Part shown: piece by piece, positions 1 to 11,119 of the stretch
Layout of the letters: each line of letters opens with the position of its first letter
How positions within the stretch are numbered: the first letter of the stretch is position 1
NCBI RefSeq assembly: GCF_000143415.4
Contig: NW_003314363.1
Location: forward strand, 310,001 to 374,000
Source: Selaginella moellendorffii
Lineage: Eukaryota; Plantae; Lycopodiophyta
DNA: 64,000 nucleotides
Reading direction: 5' to 3'
The notes under the pieces: model-generated
The model's input: only the letters and a program-made list of their open reading frames with translations
Database searches by the model: none
Told to the model about the DNA's origin: nothing
Program-made: the position numbers and the translations under genes

Positions 1-1099
1 TACAAAAAACTTTTGAAGCTAACTAGATTTCTCCAACACTATTGATGTTTATTCTCTATCAATAATATAAACTTATTATACTTTATATAATTAATAAAAA
101 AGTGTTTTTTCATTTCACTTTTCATTTTATATACTTTCGAGTATTCTTTTCACAATACTATCCATAGTACTCATGTGTCTCCATTTCTGTCTTTACCATC
201 TCAAAAAAGATTTAATAATAGTCTTTCGGGTGCATGATGTTGTAGTGTGTCACGAAAACATATATATCTCATCATTATTGTTTCTCCCAGCCACTAAAAA
301 CATATAGAGTATTTCTTGAAAGTGGCAGAATTGTAATTTCCTAAAATAAGTAAAAGAGCATTCTTTTTCACTTAATTTGTTGCGCCCTTTGTCATTGCAT
401 CTATCTCTAACTCATGATTATTATCTTCTCTTTCATTCTCTTGTGTGGTTTGGTTATGCTATGCAATGAGATAATTATTACATCTTCTAGCCCTTGAACC
501 TTGGGAAGAAAAATTGTGAAAGTTAAAATTACTAACATTAAAACCCACAGATATTTATGTGTATTTCCCTCTTTTTGAATAATAGAGTGAATAAAAATCC
601 ATAAATTCTAAATAGTATGCTATGACAAACCCCTTAAGAATGTATTCTAAAAAAGATCTAAGTCTTTATTTTATATGTAATAAGCTTACATCAACAGTTT
701 TTTTTTTTTCCTTTCAAACACTTATATGGCTTTACATAGAATCTTATTTCAAATTTAATAATTTTTTAATTTTGACAAACCTGATATTTAGTAGCCAGAA
801 AGCACACAATACAGATTTAAGGAAGTGACAAGAATATTTTTTCTGCAAACATAACAAACATCCTTATTATGGCATGTAGTAAATATTTAAATTGTTAGAA
901 TAAGAAGTGTTCTTTAGAACATTTTTATCTATATAATATGTAGAGGGTTATGAAATTATTAAGTTCACCATAACCTTAATATTTTAAAGTTTTTAATGTT
1001 TGTATTAAACTACAATTGAAACTTCAACTCAACTCACGAGCTCAACTTTTCAACTCGTGAGCTCTAAGTATGGTCCATGCTCATAGCTAATAAAGTTCT

Positions 1100-2730
1100 A
1101 TCCTCTTGATATTGGGCTTGGACCTTAAGTGTATAGTAAGAGAGGTTTTACTTGTGCAAGGATGGACAACAGGAGATCACTCAACTTGGTGAGTGCTTTC
1201 ACATTTGCCTATTCCTTTCCTAATTGTTTAATCCATAGCACATGTTCAAGGAGCTACAAATCAGTGGAGAATCCTTGTCATTGATTGTATCCAATGGATG
1301 GCAGCATATGAGGCATCCATATGAGTGTTTTTAAGTATTTATGGAATGCATTCTGATCTCTTCTTTTTCTTAGTGGCCTATGATATAGTGATTGATAGGC
1401 TGGAGTATTTCAATCTAGAAGCGCTTAGTTGTTTAACAAATATATATGTACATTCCCCATGTCCCAATGGGACTAATACAAAAATTAGGCATGCCACCCT
1501 CTCAATGAGCTACTCTATATGATCCTCTTGTGTCGCAACTAGACCTAGTCCCGGAGTAAAAGTGAACATAGTCGTCTCTTTCGGATCATGTTGATATCCA
1601 AGTCTCCCCTCGAATCAGACATAGAACAACATTTGGGGGGCACCACTGCTAGCAAATCTCGCCACCTACTATTCTGCCGAAACATGGGAGCCACTTGATC
1701 CTCCACTCCTCTAGCTGTCTTGGTTTCACCCGTTCTTTCAGGATGGCATAATGAAGACACACCACTATAAGAGTGAGTCTCCACCATGATGCCATTACCA
1801 TAGATATCCTTGCTTGTTGCCCATCGATGTGACAATGATTCCATGCTTCCCAAAGTGTTTGCACTCATGTCACTCTCCAAATGAACTAGCACTCATGGCT
1901 CATTGCCTGCATTTAGCTATTCCAGCACAGCCTTTGGTGATGGTATCCAAAACTCTTCAACAGGTACTATTGAGAGGTTGTACCAATCATCAAAGTAACT
2001 TACAATGTCGAGAGTTTGACAAGGGCAAGGATTCCCCAGATTAAATCAGTATAGCACATTTATCTCAAGGACTGCATCCCAGGAAAGGAGATCAAGAGCA
2101 TCAATACAATCAAGGTAAGAAACGTTTGTTCTTGGCACTAGGCTTTGAAGTTAACTAATCACTCACAGGAAGATGAGTGGCTGGCAAAGTTCCACTTGAA
2201 TGTAATTGTCATGAGGAAGAACGTTATCTTCATTGGTGCCTTCAATGTTGCCTTAGTTGGACCCCAGCAAGCAATGGTAACTTTTTTTTCCTTTATGTGT
2301 GAAACACATCACCTTGTCAACTTTTACAGTGGCTGACTCCAAAGGGTCCTCGAGTAACCGTGTTGAACCAGTCAATGCGTCCAAATGAGATTTTGGTTGA
2401 CCTCCTTCGATGAAAGATATTTCAGTCATCACAAGAAGTGCCGCCCGGAACTACTACAACGTGGTAGGAATTTGTGAGGAACTCTCCAACTTGGATCCAG
2501 CAGAGGAGAGTGTAGTTGCTGTGAAGATCTATGACGGAGAATCGCTCACGTGCATTGACGATCTCGATCAGCTCGGTGGTGGCATGGGGGCCAAGGTGAG
2601 GTGCGACAGAGTTATAGAGAAAGTGGTCAGGCAACATCGATTAAGAAGATCCACGGATATTCCTTGTTGTGTAAGGGTCGTCTCGAAAGTGCGAGAGGAA
2701 ATCACTCAAACGTGCCTCTACAAATGAGGC
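1100..2730 (-). other. Decayed coding-like or transposon-like relic next to an AT-rich non-genic stretch (1-1100)
   Basis: Minus-strand frames give protein-like fragments broken by many stops (ORFs 1545-1892, 1649-1864, 2422-2637). No diagnostic domain, TIR or LTR was recognised. Confidence 0.2.
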
Positions 2731-2951
2731 GGACGGTTTGGACGGTGGCGATGCGAGCAATAGCTATAAACTTGCTTGCTTACCGGAGACAACTCTTCCC
2801 TTTTCTAGGGTATTAGGGTTTATTATATAGTGAGCCGGGGCGAATATACTTTTGTGCAGAATTGGGTTTTCTCCTCTTTTTTTATTGCATCTTATGCTGA
2901 CATGCAAATACTCTTTGCAACAAGATTCAAGAATTATCCCCAGGGATTATC

Positions 2952-3441
2952 ATGGCGACAAGCTTCCAGGACGCGCCAGTCATTGTCCGCAATGCCGCCA
3001 ATGGGCGCAAGATTTTCATGGCCAAATGCTCAGACTGTCACGCAGTGGAGAGCGATGGCGGCCACAAGCTTGGTAAGGCCCAGCTGATCGATCGATTTTT
3101 GTCCTTGTAGTTTCGGAATTTACTGTGGCCCTTGATCTCGATCGGTTCCAGGCCCCAATCTCCACGGCTTGTTTGGAAGGCAAGCAGGGACCGCGCCAGG
3201 CTACGCATTCTCGCCGGCGAACAAGAACACGAAAGTAATCTGGGACGAGAGAGCGCTTTTCGACTACATTTTTGATCCGAACAAGGTACCACAGCCATTT
3301 TCTCTTGACGATAGCGCAATACTGGTCTGTTTCTCCTCCACTCCATCACAGTTCTTTCCAGGAACGAAAAAGCCCTATGATGGCCTCGCTTCCCCGCAGG
3401 AGAGAGTCGACCTGATCGCGTTTTTGAAAAGAGCGTGCTGA
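2952..3441 (+). CDS. Divergent mitochondrial-type cytochrome c (3 exons: 2952-3072, 3152-3285, 3352-3441)
   Basis: Spliced translation [114 protein letters not shown]. It has the CxxCH heme motif, GPNLxGLFGR and PGTK. Both GT-AG introns keep the frame. Confidence 0.92.
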
Positions 3442-3880
3442 CCGGCCGTAAATTTTCTGACTGCCTGTAGCCAGTTGCTGGAAGTTCTGAGAAGGGCTTG
3501 GCAATTCTGGCGGAATTTTCTTGACGATCCTCGTGTCCAAACGGGACATACCTATTTTGAGAGCGCTTTATCTCTTGAGGAACTTCATCGGTTTGCTTTT
3601 CGATTTTACTACTTCTTTTGTAGACTTTTACGACCTTTCGCACACACTGGATAATCTTATCTATGGTTTCGATTCCATTTATAATTAAAATGAAACACGC
3701 AAACTACTATAAATGTCACCATGTATGATCAACATATAGCTGGCTGGAACGTTGAAAAATCATAAACTGAGCTAAATTTCAATATTTACGTGTATAGTAA
3801 TGTAGTCGACGTAGAAATTTTGCATTCTAGCCGCAATGTGGAGTCATGTACTAGCTGAGTCGTCAAGATAAGCGTAGGAC

Positions 3881-3888
3881 TATATAAA
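3881..3888 (+). promoter_or_regulatory. TATA box of the CVNH gene
   Basis: TATATAAA about 90 bp upstream of ATG 3972. Confidence 0.55.
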
Positions 3889-3971
3889 CAACGCCTTTCC
3901 AGAGCTCAACTCATCTCTAGTTAAAGTTGTTTACTCATTTTCTTCTTGGTCATTTCTTGTTCTATCTCATT

Positions 3972-4402
3972 ATGGCATTTCGCGGGGTTTTCTTCCTGTG
4001 TATGCTGGTCTCGGCCCTTTCCATCATCCTGGTAAGAAAATATCATTCGATTGTCCGGCAAGAAGCTCACAATTTGGATATCTTACTATTACACAGGCTT
4101 GCCAGTTTTCTCGATCCTGCACTGATATCACCTTCGACAGGAATTCGACCGTGATGAGAGCCATTTGCAGCAGATCCAATTTGGAAACGAGGAACGCCTC
4201 CATCGATGTGAACAACTGCGTGGGCAGCAGCAATGGCATCCTCGATTGCTCATCCAACTTTGCCTCGCGATGCATCGACATCAGCTTCAATGGGCTCACC
4301 GTGGCTGCCCGTTGCAACCGCGGGGATGGCGTTCTCGTCTTCTCCAATCGCGACCTCAATGATTGCATCCAGAACGTCGAGGGAGTTCTCCAGTGCTGCT
4401 AG
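3972..4402 (+). CDS. Secreted cyanovirin-N homologue (CVNH) lectin (exons 3972-4031, 4097-4402)
   Basis: Signal-peptide exon MAFRGVFFLCMLVSALSIIL, then two ~50 aa internal repeats (FSRSC..I...AIC...SIDVNNCVG..NG.L / FASRC..I...ARC...RDLNDCIQNVEG.L), the CVNH pattern. Confidence 0.88.
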
Positions 4403-4740
4403 ATCCTTTTGGATGATCAAACTATATCCATATGATGAAAGATGAATAACTGAGTGGTCTCCCATATGATCTCTCTCCTTGTGATGTTAATAAAAAATGT
4501 TTGGCACGTATGAACAGCGCCCAATGTCGCTGTTCTGATCAAATAAAATTTACTCACGGAAGTTGTGGGGCTTTAAGACAGACTGGAAAATTTTACTTGT
4601 ACAACTTTTTCTCAATTTGTATAATTAGAATACGACAAAGACAAATCGATTTATATTAAATAAAGGTATATTATTTCTAATAAATGAGAATTTCTTTCAC
4701 TTTAAAGTCTACGATCACTCCTTATTAATGTCCCGTTTCA

Positions 4741-5189
4741 TCAAGGTTTAAAATCATAAATGTAGTCGACATGGGCTTGCTGTTCCTGATCACCAGAGAT
4801 AGTTGACTGACAACACACGATCATGCATGTCAAGAATATTGTCTCAAATACAGGATTATTTTACCTCCGGTTCGGCAATTTTTCCGGTGGAATTGGAATC
4901 CAGCTGATTAGCAATCGTAGCCATCACTGTAAAAAGACAAAAAGATTCAATCACGTAAGAACCAGGTTACACGCTTGCATGCAAGCGAATGCAGGCATGG
5001 ACCATGATGTTTCAAAAGAAACACAGAGATCATCAAATCCAATCGAGTTAGAGATCGGCATATTCAATCGAGATTGGAGAACAGGGATTGTAAGAAACGG
5101 TACATACCTGTTTCATTCTTCACTGGCCGAGAGGTCACAGCAGCAGCCACCAAGAGGACGAAGAAGAAAAAACTTAGTGCGCGAGACAT
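4741..5189 (-). CDS. Phytosulfokine-like small secreted peptide precursor, 69 aa (exons 5189-5108, 4926-4865, 4806-4741)
   Basis: Hand-spliced: MSRALSFFFFVLLVAAAVTSRPVKNETVMATIANQLDSNSTGKIAEPESTISGDQEQQAHVDYIYDFKP*. Signal peptide followed by RP, canonical GT-AG introns (181 and 58 bp) with matching phases, C-terminal AHxDYIY as in PSK precursors, and a TATA-like motif near 5276-5282. Confidence 0.8.
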
Positions 5190-5462
5190 GATCTAGAGTT
5201 TCTCTTGCAAAGAAAATCTATCAAAGAGAGACAAAGAGCCAATCAATGATATGATCAGCGTTTGTGTTGATATCGTATATATGCTACCGAGAAAAGGTCA
5301 ACCACTGCAGAACGGCCACGTCGACATGCAAAGTGGCAGTTTTGACTGGATGGCTGGAAACCAGACTTCCAGTTAGCTTTCCCTCTCCGAAATTACTGGA
5401 ATTCACTCGCGAGAATTCTTTTCATCCTGCTCATTTTTATTAACTTTTGCACATTGAAATTT

Positions 5463-7475
5463 CTAGAGTAAAAGCAAAATGGCTAGAGCTCCCAAGATCC
5501 TGGAGGGACTTCCACTGTTTCCACCCGATCTTTCGTCAGCTTGGAAAGCGGGATAGTTCTGGCACTGCGGTGATTTCACAATGTAGATCTGGTCTCCAAG
5601 GTGACTATCACCATACACGTCTTGGTTGCGGTACCACGTCCACAGGGCATGGGTATTGTTCTTCACCTAAAGAGAAAAAGAGCAAACTTCGATCGATCAA
5701 GAGGCTCAACTCTCGGGTTACCTCCAAGACGCCGTGACCAAAGCTTCCATCTCGCAGCGCGCTCCAATCCGGCTGCCTGCCCCAGCAGAATTGATTCGCC
5801 GCTGGTCCAGTGCTGAAGTTTTGAGCACAAACTCCACCGAATTGGGGGACGTTGTCCTCAGGCTTGGGGCACCTCCCCGGATCGTCGGCGTGCTCCGTGT
5901 CCACTCTCTCTACATTCCCGCCATCGCCCACCACGATGTAGAGCGGAGCGCACGGGTCCAGCTCGTAATTGTAAACTCTGTTCGTCCTCTCATAGGCATG
6001 GACCTGGAAGAACACCCAAAGGAAGTGGAACTCAAATGTGAGGATTCCTGTCGAGATCGAGAAGAGAGAGGGATTTACATGGCCATTGATGACAATGTCG
6101 ACGCCGGCATTGTAGAGAAGCTCCTCCATTTCGAGACGCATGCACTCGACCTCGCGGTAGTGGGAGCTGTAGCTATTGTACCACGGCGGATGCCACGCCG
6201 CCACGATCCAGGGCGTGAGGAGCCTGTTGACGCGCTGCAAATCATCCTTGAGCCACGCGAACTGAGCCCCTAGTGCCAAGAACCCTAAAAACAGAGCCCA
6301 AGAACCCTAAAAGGTGGGTACCTGTTCTGTTGTAGTCAATGTATCCTCCCAGCATCAGGAAGTGGATGCCGCCGACATCGAACGAGTAATAAAGGCTGGA
6401 ATTCGATCCAGGAGGCACCGAGAATCTGGCCTTGTATGATTCGAATGTTTTGCCCAATGCCTGGGGCTCGATCTCGTGGTTGCCCTCGATCACCATCATG
6501 GGCACCTTGGCCGTGAGCGGTTCCATGAATCTGGGAGCAAGGAAATCAGGGATTGGGTCGCGAATCTATAGTCTTGCTCTCACCTCCCCCAGTGATCCCA
6601 GTGAGGCTGATAAGTCTCCCGGATTGGCGCGTCTGGAAATGCGCAGCTAAAGCAGGGCGATCCAGTGCCATTGGTGATGTATTGATCCGAGTATGTGAGA
6701 TCGCCCACCATGAGGAGAAGCGAGGGATCGTTCCGGATGACATGATCGACCGTGGCGCTCGAGTTGTAAGTGAGTCCCAGATCGCCCACGACGGCGATCC
6801 TCGCGGGATAGCCGCGATCGTCCAGCGTCGTGAATGAGAGCTCCTCGCTCAATCGCTCCAGCGAGCTGCCGCATCGGTAGTAGTACGTCGTCGACGCCTT
6901 CAATCCTGCGCAGAGACTTCCCGAAAATTCCACGAATTTGCGCTCTAGATCTTACCATCGAGGAGGACGTGGTGATTGAATCCCGAGGTGTAATTGAGAA
7001 GGCCCACGAATGGATAGAGCTGGCTGTAGACCACCACCGATCCCTCCGCCAGGAAATTGTAGTTGTGAGTGGAAGTCCCATACAGGACAAAGCTCTTAGT
7101 GGTGGAAGGATCGAGGGGGACGACGTTGTCCCCGATTTGATAGTCCCCTGTTACATCAAATAGCACACAAATCTCACGATCGATCGATCAATTCACACCC
7201 CCAATCTCATGGATTTGATTACCGGAGACCCACGACACCCACATCGATCCATGATGCGAGAGCGCGAGCTTGATCTGCTCGGGAAATCCGTGGGGCCTCG
7301 TCCGCTGGAGCCGCGGATCATCGGTGGGCAAATCCTGGCTTCCTCGCCGCAGGGAGCTGTCGAATGGGATCGTGACTGGCTTGAACGGGCCCTCCAGCGT
7401 CGTCGGGATCGATCGCGAAAGCCCCGCGAGAAGAAAAATCTCCACCAAAAGGAAGGTCCTCCTTCTCCAATCCAT
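5463..7475 (-). CDS. Purple acid phosphatase (PAP15/PAP23 phytase-like clade), multi-exon, with signal peptide and hydrophobic C-terminal tail
   Basis: Metal-binding motifs GDLG, GDLTY, GNHE, AAWHPPWY and GH|VH, plus the N-terminal IPTTLEGPF..VTIPFD.SLRRGS.DLP signature. Confidence 0.93.
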
Positions 7476-7703
7476 TTATTCGCGGGAGAGAAAACACCGC
7501 AAAGCTCCAAGGACAATAAATACGTTTGGCGCCCCACCGTACGGACTGGAGAGCGTACTGTTTCACGCGCCATACGTTGCTGATGTGGCAAGCCCTAGCA
7601 TTTCAAATTTTAGGGCTAGAGCTCTTCGTCTTCTCGGGGCTCTGCGAGGCGAGGCGATGGCGTGCAGCAGGTGCATAGGGTCGGGATTTGAGTCTCAGTG
7701 TAG

Positions 7704-9311
7704 ATGGCAGTAGCGGCGCGGCTCCCGAGTGGATTTTTATGGGACAGGCGCGCGTTTCTTGCTGGGGATCGTTCTAGGGTTTCGTCGGTCCAGCGCGTCG
7801 ATCTGCGAGTGCAATGCTTTCATTCGCGTCATCATCCCTCGGTGAAGAGAGATTCGTGAGTCTTCCTTTCTGCTTGCAGACGGATTGACATTGCTCGATG
7901 TTTTTGTTTTGTTTCGGCCGAGCAGCAACACGGGGAAGGAATCGGAGTGCCTTGGCTGGGCCGCCAAGGATTCCTCGGGTGTCTTAGCTCCATGGAAATT
8001 TCCCAGAAGGTATGAATCGTTCTCATTCCATCTCCATCACTACATTCTTTTTGGAATGGCAGACCCTTGCGTTCTACCGATGTGAAATTCAAGATCTCCT
8101 ATTGTGGAATTTGCCACACAGACTTACACTTGATCCACAACGAGTGGGGTTCGTCCAAATACCCCATGGTTCCTGGGTAAGAAAGGCAGTCCGTCTGTCT
8201 GGGTTATAAACTGGAAGATCCAAAACAAGAACACTGGAAGGAAACATCCGGGTGACTAAACGTTTGGGTGAGATGATCGACCAGGCATGAAGTTGTGGGA
8301 GTGGTCACCGAGGTTGGTCCCGGTGCCAAGAAGTTTAAGGTTGGCGATCACGTTGGTGTGGGATGCATGGTGTTTTCCTGCCTAAAGTGCGACCACTGCA
8401 AGCACGGAGACGAGCAGTACTGCGATCAACTTATCTGGACGTATAACAGTCTGGAAGACGGGAAGATCACTTTCGGAGGCTACTCGGGATTCATGGTGAC
8501 AGACGAGAAGTAAGTGAGGATCTTTAGCAGCTCGTTTCTGAGACAAGTCTAACTCTTTTCTTCTCCAGATTTGTGTGCCGTGTTCCAAACAATCTTCCTT
8601 TGGACGCTTCGGCACCCTTGCTGTGTGCTGGGATCACCGTCTACAGTCCCATGAAGCACTTTGGCATGACGCAGCCTGGGAAGAACTTTGGCGTCGTCGG
8701 CCTCGGTGGTCTGGGTCATATGGCCGTCAAGTTTGGCAAGGCCTTTGGGATGAAAGTCACAGTTATCAGCACCTCTCCAAACAAGGAGAAGGAAGCCCGG
8801 GAAGTTCTGGGTGCTCATAACTTCATTGTCAGCCGGGACGCAGCTCAAATGAAGGTAACGAGCAATCCTTCCTGGGGACTAACTTCTTAAGTTTTTGATT
8901 CCAGAAAGCTGCGGAGACAATGGACTACATCCTCGATACGGTGTCTGCGCCGCATCCCCTGGATGCCTTGCTCGAGCTTCTAAAGATCGATGGAAAGCTC
9001 GTCATGGTGGGATTACCAGACAAGCCCCTTGATCTTCCGGCAGGAGTCATTATCTTTGGTACGCGAACTCTTTTGATCTCCTCGAGTTCTAAAAGGTTTC
9101 CATGGATCAACCAGGTCGTCGAACGCTTGCCGGTAGCTTCATCGGATCAATCAAAGAGACGCAGGACATGCTGGATTTCTGCGGCAAGAACAATGTCACG
9201 TCCATGATCGAGCTCGTCCCCATGGACTACGTCAACAAAGCTATGGAACGCCTCCGCAAATCGGATGTGAAGTATCGTTTCGTGTTGGACGTGGAAAAGA
9301 CTTTGAAATAG
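7704..9311 (+). CDS. CAD: Cinnamyl alcohol dehydrogenase family Zn-dependent dehydrogenase; probable extra 5' exon 7704-7855
   Basis: [33 protein letters not shown]-CxxCxxC-x7-C structural Zn site, GLGGLG and [10 protein letters not shown]. The start codon is less certain than the rest of the model. Confidence 0.92.
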
Positions 9312-9406
9312 AGAGAGAGGGAAAGAAGAAATTCCATTCAGTATAAACAAACATATGCCAAGAATTTTGATTAGGGTTTATCGAAGAGCAAGGGCGGGAG
9401 GGAGTG

Positions 9407-11119
9407 ATGGCGCTCGCTCGTCGCGTCTCTAGAAAGGCTTGTGCCACGCTCCTCCTGTCGATTCGAAGGTATGGAAAAATGTGGATCGCGATTGAAGGAG
9501 TGAGCTGAGATGCTTGTGTCACTTTGCGTGCCCCATCCAGGCATAGTACTTTCGGCATTGCCTTTGACATTGATGGCGTCCTTGTTCGCGCAAACAAGCC
9601 GCTGTGTGGGTCATCGCAGGCCCTTGCTCGTCTCTATCAAGAGCCCTCTTCAAAAAGCACGTATGTTGCTCTTTCTTCTTCTCTTATTGATTTTTTTTCC
9701 CTTTGCTGTGCCTTGCAGCCACGCTTCGTGTCCCTTTTATACTTTTCACAAACGGTCGGTAAGATGGTCTTTCTTCCTCTCGTACTGATCGTTTCGCATT
9801 TTTCTAGGTGGCGGGTACACGGAAGAGAAGAAATCCTTGGAGCTGAGCGAATTGCTGAAGATCAAGTTGTCAAGTGATCAGGCAAGCGGGATTGTACTTC
9901 ATGTTTGTTTTTCTTCACCATTTTCTCTAAGCTCCTGCGCGTTTGTACAGGTGTTCTTGAGCCACACTTCCTTCAAGGAACTTGCAAGCTGGTCAGTGGT
10001 TTAAACTGCGACTTTCACGTATGTTTGTGCGTGTGCCCGGATAGACAAGTGGACGTAAACGCTGATTGCGTGATGCAGCTACCGGGACAAGAGGACGCTG
10101 GCTGTTGGCAAGGGCGAGCCGGCTCAAGTGCTGCGGCACTACGGGTTCATGTAAGCGTGTTTCTTCGCTAGAGCTTCGACGCTGACAAGCATTATTGTAC
10201 TGCACCAGGAACGTGGTTGCGATGGACGATTACGTTTGTGAGTTTGAAAGCATTGATCCATTGGAACAGTACAAGCCGTGGTCGAGAGCTGGCTCGGCAA
10301 CATTGGCAGGGAGGGAATCGCAGGACGTTCAAGCTGTTTTTATCGTAAGCGACCCTGTTGATTGGGGCCGTGATATACAGGTCGTGTTTCTGGATTTTCA
10401 TTGCGGTGACAATATGGAGTGCTGGCTTGCAGGTGGTTTCTGATGTTCTAAATGGTGGAGGCAATCCTTTAAAAGTTGGTGGAAAGGCTCCGCCTTTATA
10501 TTTTGCGGCGGATGATCTTATCTATCAGGTGAAGAATCCACCTGGCATTCCTCGAGCTTTTGGAAGAACAAAAAAATTCATCTTTGTTTCATGTGCAGTC
10601 AGCATTTCCCGTCGTGAGATATGGGATGGGAGCATTTCGAATCGCGCTGGAAAGCGTTTATACCAGGTAAAACGTGATGAAGCTTCTGCATTCTTTACAC
10701 ATTCCTTGTGTTCAGATTAACCGGCATGCCAATGGTGTACACGTCTTTCGGGAAACCAAAACCAGCGACGTACAAACTCGTTAGAAAAGAATTGGAGAAA
10801 CTTGCTGGCTCTGTGGATCCATTGCAAACGATCTACATGGTTGGTGACAACCCGGCGACTGACATCCGCGGTGCAAAGGAGGTGGTGTGATTGTGCATAA
10901 TTCAACACCTTAACGTTGTCTTTAGGCAGGAAAGCCATGGTTTTCAATCCTCGTGAGGACTGGATGCTTCAGGGGAATCAACAACGACGAAGAGTTTCCA
11001 GCCGATGAGGTAGAATTTGTGAGTGATTTCTTTGCTTAACTCCGATATTTGTTCCTCAGGTCGTCGATAACATCGTCGAGGCAGTAGATTTTATATTGAA
11101 AAGAGAGGGACTAGATTGA
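9407..11119 (+). CDS. HAD-superfamily class IIA hydrolase (CECR5/HDHD5-like), multi-exon, with a mitochondrial-type presequence
   Basis: FGIAFDIDGVL (motif I), FGKPKP and IYMVGDNPATDIRGA (motif IV), SILVRTG. One GC-AG intron (donor 9882). Confidence 0.88.

Noticed and set aside
3038-3643. 201-aa antisense ORF overlapping the cytochrome c gene
   Set aside because: No ATG start (GTG) and no recognisable features; treated as a shadow ORF.
6270-6312. AACCCTAAAA words in a PAP intron and at other sites
   Set aside because: Isolated telo-box-like words, not an interstitial telomere array.
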